From contig OZ360231.1 of the NCBI GenBank assembly GCA_977017645.1, forward strand, positions 54,932,001-54,996,000: a stretch of 64,000 nucleotides of DNA, in the 5' to 3' direction. The notes beneath the pieces were generated by a model. The model saw only the letters and a list, made by a program, of their open reading frames with translations. It searched no databases and was not told the DNA's origin. Every line of letters starts with the position of its first letter. Positions within the stretch are counted from its first letter, which is position 1. Of this stretch, positions 25,853 through 37,000 are shown in pieces. The DNA is from Torpedo marmorata. Lineage: Eukaryota. The position numbers and the translations under genes are program-made.

Positions 25853-27210
25853 AGAAAGGTCTGGATGACCACTTGAATCACCCAGGCAGAGAAGGCTGCA
25901 GGCCAAGTGCTGGAAGATGAGATTAATATGGATGGGTGTACATGTAGGCCAAATAGCCTGCTTCCATGTTGTGTAACTATATGACTTTAGCAGGGAAGAA
26001 CCTAACTAGGGCTATTAATTAAAATGGATTGAAGAAATCCAACAGGAATTCAGAAGAAATCCTTTTACCATAAGAATTGTGAGCATGTGGAGCTGGTTAT
26101 AACAAGTACTTGAAGGGAACTCAAGGAGTAAATGTAGAGGAAGGGAATAGAGGGTTGCACTGATCTGTTTTCCTGAGGAATAATGTAGAAAGATCAAGTT
26201 GAGCAAAAATACCAAATGGCCTGCTTCTGTGTAACATCAACTATATAACATCACATACAAATTACTTTAAAATTGACTTAATAATTTATTAAATATGCAA
26301 GTCACTCTTATCACAAGGAGTCAGATTTGGTTTATTTTTTGCAGATGTAAATGATCAGATGCTGGAATCTGGAGAAAAAGAACACCTTCCTTACTTATCA
26401 CCATACTGCCCTCTCCCCGTCACTCATTTTCATCCCTCCCCGCCTGTCTCCTGGTCCAATCCACTTACTGCTAATGTTATGGACCATGACTGACCATTTG
26501 GACTGCGGACGGTCAGCAGGAAGGATGAAGTCTTTTGGAGTACACACTGGGACCAGGTACTGAAAGAGTTAACTTGCCCAGGACTTGGTGTACCCAGAGA
26601 GAGAGAGAGAGAGCAGAGAGAGACAGGCTGTGGAAAAGATACTTTGTTGCACTTTTGCAAAAGCAGGTGCAGACCTCTGCAAAAAGCAGACAGTTGGGAG
26701 TTGCAAAGGCTAGAGAACACAGCCAAATCCAGGCTTGTGCATCCCAGAGAAAAGGCTGGAAGAATAGCACATGGCCTCCTATCTCAGAGAAATTCTGAGT
26801 TAAAAGCAACTTCTGTGGAGAACAGGCGTGAGATCAGCGAGACCAGCTGTGAGATCCAAGCACACGCCTTTATCAGTGGTATACTGATCTGAATTCGCAA
26901 ACCTTATGAAAACACAAGAAGGGTGTGGTAAACCACTTTAGTATGTATATATGTATTGTGGCCTGAGGCAAGTATGACCATGACCTGTCTGTCTGTCCCG
27001 GTGACTCCTCCCCCCTTTCCCCTGGAATAAAGGCCTTGAGCCATTGACTCCTCCCTCAGTTCCGGGACAATCCAGCAGGGATCACCAGGTCAAAGTGTAG
27101 CTTAGCCCTGGCCTGATTTCTGGTATTAAAAGCCTATTGATTTCCTGCACTTCCAGACTCGCGTCTGTCATTGATAGGTACATCAATTTTAATACCAGTT
27201 TTAAAATCCG

Positions 27211-28236
27211 ATGGAGAATTTTCTGAGGCCGGACAAGCTGGACATCGACCCCCTGGCTCAAGACGCTGCAAGTGACTTTGAACTCTGGCTGCGCTGCTTC
27301 GTAGCCTTCCTGAGGTCGACCAGAGCGGTTACAAACGAGAATAAACTCGACATCCTCATGTCCAGGGTAAGCAAACGAGTGTATGGCACTGTCAGAGACT
27401 GTGATACCTATGAGGATGCCTTGGAAGCCCTCCGAAGGCTGTACCTGACGCCGGTGACCGAGGTTTTCGCGAGGCACCGGTTATCGCAACGGTACCAGCG
27501 ACCCGGAGAGTCGATCTCTGAATATATCCAGGACGTGATGCTCCTGGTGCGGGCGTGCGATTGCCGAGCCCTGACGGCTGAGCAACACGCCGAAATATTG
27601 GCAAGGGACACGATCATTATGGGGCTCAGGTCGGTTTACATTCGCCAGCGATTGCTGGAACACGCCGACCTGACCCTGAGATCTACCGTTCAGAATGCCC
27701 TCACGCTGGAATCGGCGCTCAAGAACGCTGACGCTATGCAGGCGCAGCCTGCCTCTTGGATCGCCCCAACCGCCAGCCCTGCAAGCAACGCGACGGCCGC
27801 TGCCGTCTACCGGGACCCGCTCGCCGCCGCCGACGCTATCCGTGAGTTGGCCGCTGCCGCCGCTACCCGGGAGCCCGCCGCCACCCGTGAGTTAACCGCT
27901 GCCGCTGTCACCCGGGAGCCCGAGAAGTGCTACTTCTGCGGGCTCGACAAACACCCACGCAAGCGCTGCCCGGCCCGAGACGCGACTTGTTCTAGCTGCG
28001 GCAAGAAAGGCCACTACGCAAAGGCCTGCCGCTCCAAGTCGCGTACGGGTCCGAGCAGCGCCGCGTGCGAAGTAAGGGAGCGGCCATCTTACCTGTCGTC
28101 ACTTCCGGCGGAGACCTCGTGCGAGGAATGGAGGCGGCCATCTTGGCCTTCAGCACTTCCGGTTTCAAGCAGCGCCGCGTGCGAAGTAAGGGAGTGGCCA
28201 TCTTACCAGTCGTCACTTCCGGCGGAGACCTCGTGA
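27211..28236 (+). CDS. Gag of element A (two Cys/His knuckles)
   Basis: 341-aa ORF with CYFCGLDKHPRKRC and CSSCGKKGHYAKAC. Ends at an in-frame TGA; the frame continues open into pol. Confidence 0.88.
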   Translation: MENFLRPDKLDIDPLAQDAASDFELWLRCFVAFLRSTRAVTNENKLDILMSRVSKRVYGTVRDCDTYEDALEALRRLYLTPVTEVFARHRLSQRYQRPGESISEYIQDVMLLVRACDCRALTAEQHAEILARDTIIMGLRSVYIRQRLLEHADLTLRSTVQNALTLESALKNADAMQAQPASWIAPTASPASNATAAAVYRDPLAAADAIRELAAAAATREPAATRELTAAAVTREPEKCYFCGLDKHPRKRCPARDATCSSCGKKGHYAKACRSKSRTGPSSAACEVRERPSYLSSLPAETSCEEWRRPSWPSALPVSSSAACEVREWPSYQSSLPAETS

Positions 28237-28437
28237 GAGGAATGGAGGCGGCCATCTTGGCCTTCAGCACTTCCGGTTTCTACATTTCCGGCGCGGCCAT
28301 TTTACAACCTCGCCGCGGCTCTGCCAGCACTTCCGGCGCCGCCATCTTGTAGCGACACGTGTGCGCTACGGGAGCTGCCATCAGCGTCGGATCAAGACGA
28401 CTCGTCGGATCAAGACTACGTCTCGACCCTGGCATCC

Positions 28438-31323
28438 GTGACGCTGGATCAGAGCGCGCCCCATCAGCTGTCCAGATCGATGATGGACATACTAGTTGAG
28501 GGGCATAAGACTACCTGCCTGTTCGACACAGGCAGTACTGAAAGTTTTGTCCACCCAGACACTGCCCAGCGCTGTGGCCTCACAATTGTACCGGTAAGCC
28601 AGAGGGTGGCCATGGCGTCTGGAACCCACACAACAGACATCCGGGGGGGTTGTGTGGCGAATATAGTAGTGCAGGGCACGGAATATCGCGGGTTTTCATT
28701 GATGGTCATGCCCCGTTTGTGTGCTCCTGTATTGCTGGGACTGGACTTCCAAAGCCACCTGCGAAGCGTCACCATGCACTATGATGGGCCCCACCCCCCG
28801 ATCGTTGTGACCAACCCCCAGTACTTGAATAATACGCCCCAGACTACCTGTGGTCTCTCCACGCTGAAGACCCAACCCCCGCCACTCTTCGCCAACCTGA
28901 CCCCTGACTGTAAGCCTGTAGCGACTAAAAGTAGGCGATACAGTGCAGGGGACAGGGCTTTCATTAAGGCGGAAGTGCATCGTCTACTGGGGGAAGGGAT
29001 CATAGCACCCAGTAACAGCCCCTGGAGAGCACAGGAAGTCGTGGTGAAGAACGGGGCTAAGAGCCGGATGGTGGTGGACTATAGCCAGACCATTAACCGG
29101 TTCACGCAACTGGATGCCTATCCGCTGCCGAGAATCGCGGATATGGTCAACCAGATTGCGCAGTATAAAGTATTCTCCACTATTGACCTAAAGTCGGCTT
29201 ACCACCAGCTTCCGATTCGCCGGGAAGACCGAGCGTACACCGCTTTCGAGGCGGACGGCAGATTATTCCATTTTCTGCGCGTCCCCTTCGGGGTAACAAA
29301 TGGGGTATCCGTGTTTCAACGGGAGATGGACAGGATCATTGACCAGTTCAAACTCACTGCCACCTTCCCGTACCTGGACGACATCACCATTTGTGGTCAT
29401 GATCGCCAGGATCACGATAGGAACCTTCGGAAGTTCCTACAGGCGGCTAAGACGCTGAACCTCACCTATAACGAGGAGAAATGCGTGTTCGGGACTACCC
29501 GACTCGCTATCCTGGGGTGCGTCGTGGAGAACGGGGTGATTGGACCCGACCCCGACCGCATGCGCCCCCTATTGGAACTTCCGATTCCCCTCACCCCCAA
29601 AGCCCTTAAACGATGCCTCGGGTTCTTCTCGTATTATGCGCAGTGGGTCCCAAACTACGCGGACAAAGCCCGACCCCTCGTCAAGTCCACCAAGTTTCCC
29701 CTTGCAGCGGAGGCACGTGAGGCTTTCGACCTCATAAAAGGGGACATCGCCCGAGCAGCGATGCACGCGGTGGACGAGTCGGAACCTTTTCAGGTGGAGA
29801 GTGACGCCTCGGACTTCGCACTGGCTGCTACCCTCAACCAGGCGGGAAGACCGGTAGCGTTTTTCTCCCGCACCCTTCAAGGCCCCGAAATTCGGCACTC
29901 CGCGGTAGAGAAAGAGGCCCAGGCCATTGTTGAGGCTGTTCGGCACTGGAGGCACTATCTCGCCGGAAAACATTTTACCCTGCTGACGGACCAGCGCTCC
30001 GTCGCATTCATGTTTAACAGCCAGCAGCAGGGTAAAATCAAGAATGACAAAATCATGAGGTGGAGAATAGAACTCTCCACCTACAATTACGACATCATGT
30101 ACCGGCCCGGGAAGCTCAACGAGCCCCCTGACGCTCTATCCCGGGGATCGTGCGCCAGCGCGCAGATCGACCGGTTATACTCCCTACACAACGACCTCTG
30201 CCACCCAGGAGTCACCAGGCTGTTCCACTTCATCAAAGCACGGAACCTGCCTTTCTCCCTGGATGAGGTCAGAACCATGACCAGCAGCTGCCGAGTCTGT
30301 GCGGAATGCAAACCGCAGTACTACCGCCCCGTCAGAGCACAGCTGGTCAAGGCCACACGCCCGTTCGAACGTCTCAGTGTAGACTTCAAGGGCCCCCTTC
30401 CCTCCACGAACCGCAATGTGTACTTCCTTAACATCTTCGATGAGTACTCGCGGTTCCCCTTTGCCATCCCCTGCCCAGATACCTCGGCGGCTTCGGCTAT
30501 CAAGGCCCTCCGCCAGGTATTCACCTTGTTCGGGTTCCCCAGCTATATCCATAGCGACCGGGGATCCGCGTTCATGAGCGAGGAGCTGCGACAGCATTTG
30601 CAGACCCGAGGCATCGCCACCAGTAGGACCACGGGGTACAACCCACGGGGGAACGGACAGGTAGAGAGGGAGAACGCCACTGTATGGACAGCTACACTAC
30701 TGGCCCTGAAATCAAAAGGGTGGCCAGTGGCCCGCTGGCAGGAGGTTCTCCCGGACGCCCTCCACTCTATACGATCCCTCTTATGTACTGCCACTAACGC
30801 TACCCCTCACGAACGTCTCTTTTCCTTTCCCAGAAAATCGACTACCGGGACTACCCTCCCTGCCTGGCTGACGTCCCCGGGACCGGTGCTACTCCGCAAA
30901 CATCTTCGGAGTAGCAAGTACGAGCCCTTGGTCGAGAGGGTGCAGCTGATCCATGCGAACCCGCAGTACGCATTCGTGGTTTTCCCCGACGGGCGGGAAG
31001 ACACGGTGTCAATACGGGACCTGGCGCCTGCAGGAGCGTCAGAAGAGGTCCCCGACAGCGGGAACGCCGGGTCACAGCTGCCCCCTCCGGCCCATCCGCC
31101 TCCCAGCACGGCGGGTACAACGCCCCGGCCGGAGCTGGAAAGGCCACAAGCCAGGCAGGAGGCAAACCAGACCCAGACCCACCCTACAACACCTACTCCC
31201 ATTCCACAACCACAACCATCTCCGCAGGCATCACGTACCCTCATTCCACAACCACTACCATCACCGCTGGTACTACGCAGGTCACAGCGGCGAATCCGGC
31301 CGCCGGTTAGACTCAACCTGTAG
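28438..31323 (+). CDS. Pol of element A (protease, RT, RNase H, integrase)
   Basis: LFDTGS; YPLPRI...DLKSAYHQ...PFG...YLDD; ESDAS; HHCC; VDFKG...HSDRG...GQVER. Same frame as gag. Confidence 0.93.
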   Translation: MTLDQSAPHQLSRSMMDILVEGHKTTCLFDTGSTESFVHPDTAQRCGLTIVPVSQRVAMASGTHTTDIRGGCVANIVVQGTEYRGFSLMVMPRLCAPVLLGLDFQSHLRSVTMHYDGPHPPIVVTNPQYLNNTPQTTCGLSTLKTQPPPLFANLTPDCKPVATKSRRYSAGDRAFIKAEVHRLLGEGIIAPSNSPWRAQEVVVKNGAKSRMVVDYSQTINRFTQLDAYPLPRIADMVNQIAQYKVFSTIDLKSAYHQLPIRREDRAYTAFEADGRLFHFLRVPFGVTNGVSVFQREMDRIIDQFKLTATFPYLDDITICGHDRQDHDRNLRKFLQAAKTLNLTYNEEKCVFGTTRLAILGCVVENGVIGPDPDRMRPLLELPIPLTPKALKRCLGFFSYYAQWVPNYADKARPLVKSTKFPLAAEAREAFDLIKGDIARAAMHAVDESEPFQVESDASDFALAATLNQAGRPVAFFSRTLQGPEIRHSAVEKEAQAIVEAVRHWRHYLAGKHFTLLTDQRSVAFMFNSQQQGKIKNDKIMRWRIELSTYNYDIMYRPGKLNEPPDALSRGSCASAQIDRLYSLHNDLCHPGVTRLFHFIKARNLPFSLDEVRTMTSSCRVCAECKPQYYRPVRAQLVKATRPFERLSVDFKGPLPSTNRNVYFLNIFDEYSRFPFAIPCPDTSAASAIKALRQVFTLFGFPSYIHSDRGSAFMSEELRQHLQTRGIATSRTTGYNPRGNGQVERENATVWTATLLALKSKGWPVARWQEVLPDALHSIRSLLCTATNATPHERLFSFPRKSTTGTTLPAWLTSPGPVLLRKHLRSSKYEPLVERVQLIHANPQYAFVVFPDGREDTVSIRDLAPAGASEEVPDSGNAGSQLPPPAHPPPSTAGTTPRPELERPQARQEANQTQTHPTTPTPIPQPQPSPQASRTLIPQPLPSPLVLRRSQRRIRPPVRLNL

Positions 31324-32232
31324 ACATAATAATGACTATGTAAATAATCTATGTTTATTTGTGTTTTTTTAATTACGGTATCCACTTCACCCCCCCGTCG
31401 GACTTGTTCTAAAAGAAGGGGTGAATGTGGTAAACCACTTTAGTATGTATATATGTATTGTGGCCTGAGGCAAGTATGACCATGACCTGTCTGTCTGTCC
31501 CGGTGACTCCTCCCCCCTTTCCCCTGGAATAAAGGCCTTGAGCCATTGACTCCTCCCTCAGTTCCGGGACAATCCAGCAGGGATCACCAGGTCAAAGTGT
31601 AGCTTAGCCCTGGCCTGATTTCTGGTATTAAAAGCCTATTGATTTCCTGCACTTCCAGACTCGCGTCTGTCATTGATAGGTACATCAAAGGGAACGTCAT
31701 CAGAGAAGAAAAACAAGTATTTGTAAGCATAAACAGTCATTGTCTCTCTCCAACGTTCATTCAGAAGTACTTCTACCAGCACACCAAGCTGAATTTGAAA
31801 CCTGAACTTAGAGAGTGGAATTTTGTGGACTGTATTATTCTTTTTTTGACTGACTTGTTTTTATGACTGACCTGGGGTTTTTTGGGGAAAGTTTTTCCAT
31901 TTTTACATAAGGGTTGGGCACAGACTGTATGGTCTGGGCTTTACACACACACACCTTTTAGATAAGAATAGTGTTTATAGATGTTTATAGTGGGGTTAAT
32001 TGTTGTGAAATATATGTTTAATTGTGTTTAATAAATATAAATTTCAATTTTACCCCTTTTGCATTGCGTCTTCTGTCATTGCTGGTTTGATTTTGTAACA
32101 AAATTGGGGGCTTGTCGTGGGATTTGAATCAAAATCCATCTTGGTAATTGAAGGAATTCCAGTTTGGTTTAAGGCATTCCTTTTGTAAAGCTAATTAAAA
32201 GCTAGTGTGTGTGTAACGAAAAACCAGCAACA

Positions 32233-34036
32233 ATGGATGTAGAACATTTTTTGGAATCACCTGAACCTGATACTTTAAAAAAGGCGAAAAAGGAACAGTT
32301 AGTGGCTATAGCAACAAAGCTGGGCATTGCTTCTGTAAAAGCATCTATGAAAAAGGCAGAGATTGGGAGAAAAATTGTCAAATACTATATAAAAGAAAAA
32401 AAGTTTGAGGAGAGCATGTGAGAGCAGTTTCCCAAGGGTAAACCTTCTGAAAACATACAGTTGGAACTAAAGAAATTGGAATTGGAGGCAGCCAGGGAAC
32501 AAAAGAAATTAGAATTGGAGGCAGAAAGAAATTAGACATGGAAATGGAACAAAAGAAATTTGACATGGAATTGGAATTGGAACAAAAGAGATTAGACTTA
32601 GAGAACGATGAGAAAAATAGGAGATATGAGCTGGAAAAGATGAGGTTGGAAAATGAGAGGAGACAAGAAGAGCACCAAGATCAAATTCGTCATCCTGCTG
32701 TGGGGTTTTTGGCTAGTAGGGAAGTTAGGTTGGTTCCTCCATTTGAGGAGGCAGAAATAGATAAGTACTTCCAACATTTTGAGAAGGTGGCTGTAAATTA
32801 AAATGGCCACAAGACCAATGGTCTCTTATGTTACAAAGTGTAATTAAAGGAAAAGCTCAGCAAGCTTATTGTACTGTTACCACGGAGCAAGCTGCTGATT
32901 ATGAAACGGTAAAAAAGGCTATAGTCCAGGCTAATGAATTAGTTCCAGAGGCTTATAGACAGAAGTTTAGAAATTTAAAAAGATTAGCAACCAAATCTTA
33001 TACAGAGTTTGCCTATGAAAAGGTTGTGTGTTTTGACAGGTGGTGCACATCTAAGGCGGTAAACAATGATTACAATCAATTGAGAGAATTGATAATAATC
33101 GAGGAGATAAAAAGGTGTGTTCCTGAGGATATTAAGGCATACTGAGATGAAAAGGAGGTGAAAACTTGGCAAAATTCAGCTAAGTTAGCAGATGAATATG
33201 CTTTAACCCACAAGCCTAAGTGGACGTCAGGTAGAATTTTCCAAAAGGTCACTGTGGATAATCAGAAGCAAGTGGAAAGTAAGTTTGGAAGTGATGTTAA
33301 GAAAAGGGATGAAGGAAAGTGGAAAAGGGAAAACCATTTGGGTCCCATTTGCCACTACTGTAGGAAGGCTGGTCATATGATAGCAAGCTGTCCAGTGTTG
33401 AAAAAGAAGAGAGAAAAGGATGCAACACCTAATGCTTGTAATCAGAGTGAGAAGAGGGATAACACCCAGGAAGGAGATAAATTTACTGACAAAGTTAAAG
33501 ATGTATTTAAACCTTTTGTGACTGATTGTTTTGTTTCAGTTAAGGCAGGATCAAAACAAGTTCCAGTGAAAATCTTGCGAGATACTGGAGCCGCTCAGTC
33601 ACTTGTGTTAGATAGTGTCTTGGAATTTTGTGAAGCTACTGACACCGGTGACATAAATTTAATTAAAGGAATTAGTGGTGATGTTGAGTCCATTCCTTTG
33701 CACAAAATATTATTGGACTAAGGCTTGGTGGAAGGACCAGTTATAATAGGAGTGAGATCAGAGTTGCCAGTAGAAGGAGTCTCACTGTTGTTAGGCAATG
33801 ACTTGGCCAAGGGTAAAGTAGTTCTTGCAGTGCGAATGACCACTAAGCCAGTCATTGATAAGTCAGAGAAAGACTCTGATATTTATCCGGCATGTGCCAT
33901 AACCAGGGCCATGTCTAAGAAAAATGTCACTGTAGAGAAGGCAGTGGAAAATAACATGGTGAAAAAAAAAGACAGTGATAATCAAGAAAAACTGGAAAAG
34001 GTTGAGCAATCTCCTATGTTACACCCATCCACTGAT
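32233..34036 (+). pseudogene. disrupted gag/protease of the Gmr1-like element
   Basis: PPFEEAEIDKYFQHFEKVA, KGKAQQAY...ELVPEAYRQKFR (SCAN-like capsid), CHYCRKAGHMIASC and ILRDTGA, with several stops and frameshifts. Confidence 0.85.
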
Positions 34037-34050
34037 AAGACACCTAAAGG

Positions 34051-37000
34051 TACCACCACCACTTTAGCGGTTGTACCGCTTCTCGAGCGACGGAGGGGGG
34101 TAGCACTGGGATATATACAGTCCAGTGTTAATTATGGGATGTTCTTTTTTCTTGCTTTTCTATTATTTCACTCTATTTGAGGAGAAAATATGTAATCAAC
34201 GGAATAGGAGGGATGCGTCGGCGGATCTGACAGATAGAGAATGTTTAAAATTTAATTATGGTTGATTCTAGAAGTATTAATTTTGTAAGTATTAATGTTA
34301 ACGGGCTTAATAATCCAATTAAAAGGAAAAAAACTTTGGCATATATTAAAAAATTAAAAGTAGATATAGCTTTTTTACAGGAAACACATTTGACTGATAA
34401 AGAACATCAAAAGTTGAAGAGAGAATGGGTAGGACATGTAGTAGCTTCGTCTTTTAATTCTAAAGCGAGAGGAGTAGCAATTTTAATCAATAAAAAATTA
34501 CCATTTAAAATACAATCAGTAATGACGGATATAGCTGGTAGATTTGTTATGGTGCATTGTCAAATCTATTCAGAAACATGGACTTTTTTAAATTTATATA
34601 TTGTAAACCCAGAGGATGAACAATTTATTCAAGATATCTGTTTACATTTATCTGAAGCTAAGGAAAATATTTTAATTGGGGGAGATTTTAATTGTTGTCT
34701 TAATACGAATATGGATAAAACATCTAAAACATCTGTTAAACCTAAAATAGTTAAAAGAATTATTAATTTAATGGATGATTTAAATTTAGTAGATATTTGG
34801 AGAAAGGTAAACCCTAGAGAAAAAGATTATTCATTTTATTCTTTTCGACATAACTCATTCTCGAGGATTGATTTATTTTTAATATCGTCACAAATTCAGG
34901 ATAGAATAACTCAAATTTCTTATAAAGCAAGAATAATTTCAGACCATTCACCGTTATTAATGACTTGTATAATTCCAGAGAAAGAAAAAACTGTATATAA
35001 TTGGAGATTAGATTCTTCTTTATTAAATAGAAAAGATTTTTGTGATTATATGAGAAAAGAAATTCAGGAATTTTTAAGAATTAATAATAATTCAGTTGAT
35101 GATAAGTTTATAATTTGGGAATCTTTAAAAGCATATTTAAGTGGATTGATAATAAGCTTCTCGGCAAAAATTAGAAAAGATTATTTGAAGGAAGAAGAAA
35201 AATTGGAGGGGGAGATTGAAGTTATGGAAAAAGATTTTCAAAGAAACAAAACAATTCTTAAGAGACAACGTTTAATGGGGAAAAAATTACATTATAATAT
35301 ATTACAAACTCGAAAAATGGAAAAATTAATTGGTAGAACAAAGCAAAGATATTATGAATTGGGAGAAAGAGCACATAAAGTTTTAGCATGGCAATTAAAG
35401 AAAGAACAAGTTTCCAAAACTATAAATGCTATAAAGAAAAGTAATGGAGATATAACTTATAAACCTCAAGAAATAAACAATTCTTTTAAAGAATATTATC
35501 AAAATTTATATACTTCACAAATGAGTCAAGATGTTGTAAAAATTGATGATTTTTTATCCAAAATTATGTTGCCCAAATTAAATAGTTCTAATAGAGATTT
35601 GTTAGATCTACCAATTACAATGAGAGAAGTAGGTGAAGCTTTATCATCATTGAATAGTGGTAAATCTCCTGGTGATGATGGATTTCCTGTAGAGTTTTAT
35701 AAGAAGTTTAAAGATTTATTGATACCTATATATATGGAAGTATTGACTCAAATAAAGGAAACTCAGTTATTACCGAAAACTTTTTTAAATGCTGTTATTA
35801 CAGTTATACCAAAGAAGGATAGAGATGTATTGAAAACTGAATCGTATAGACCTATATCATTGTTAAATGTAGATTATAAATTAATGGCGAAAATCTTGAC
35901 AAATAGACTAGCTAAGTTTTTACCATTTTTAATACATCCAGATCAAGCAGGATTTATTAAAAATAGATATTCAAAGGATAATATAGCAAGATTAATAAGT
36001 TTGATTAATTTACAAAAGAAGAAACAGGATTTACCGTTAGTGATAGCATTAGATGCAGAAAAAGCATTTGATAGGTTAGAGTGGAAGTTTTTATTTAAGG
36101 TTTTAGAGAAATATGGATTTGGAAATACGTTTATAAATTGGATTAAAACTATATATAAGGAACCTATAGCTAAAGTAATTACAAATGGTCAAATATCATC
36201 TAAATTTTCTTTGACACGGTCAACAAGACAAGGATGTCCATTGTCACCTGCCTTATTTGTATTGGCAATAGAACCGTTGGCGGAAATGATCAGGAAAGAT
36301 ATGAATATAAAAGGGATAAAAGTAGGTGCAGAAGAGCATAAAATTAGTTTGTTTGCAGATGATGTATTAATATATATGACAAAGTCTATTGAATCACTTC
36401 AACAATTAGATAAAATATTGAGGGATTATGGTGAAATATCTGGATATAAAATAAATTCGGATAAAAGTGAGATAATGGCTTTATCTCAAGGAGATTATAC
36501 TAAATGTAAAGAAGTTACAAAATTTAAATGGGCTAAAGAAGCTATTAAATATTTAGGAGTTAAAGTGGATACAAAGTTAGAAAATTTATATAAATTAAAT
36601 TACATACCTTTATTTCAGAAAATAAAGAAGGATTTGGATAATTGGAAAGATTTACCTATAACTTTAATAGGAAGAGTGAACTGTATTAAAATGAATATTT
36701 TTCCAAGAGTTCAATATCTTTTTCAATCTATACCTTTTGGTATTCCTCAAAATTTTTTTAAAGATTTAAAAAGTATTATTAGAAAGTTTTTATGGAAAGG
36801 AAAACTGGCAAGAGTAAGTATGGATAAATTAACTTGGGAATATGAAATGGGTGGATTACAACTTCCTAATTTTCAATATTATTATAAGGCAGCACAATTA
36901 AAATTTATAAATGAATTATTTGATTTAACTAAAAACACGGCATGGATTAATATAGAATTAAGTAATATAGGAGAAAGAAATAAGGAAGATATTATTTATA

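Larger units (their letters stand above)
26924..31687 (+). mobile_element. young small Gypsy LTR retrotransposon (element A)
   Basis: 262-bp LTRs 26924-27185 and 31426-31687 (TG...CA; no difference seen by eye). 5-bp TSD AAGGG. PPT AAAAGAAGGGG. Order gag-PR-RT-RH-INT. Confidence 0.97.

Noticed and set aside
26513-26892. ORFs duplicated at 40563-40942
   Set aside because: Incidental frames within the two LTRs of the Gmr1-like element.
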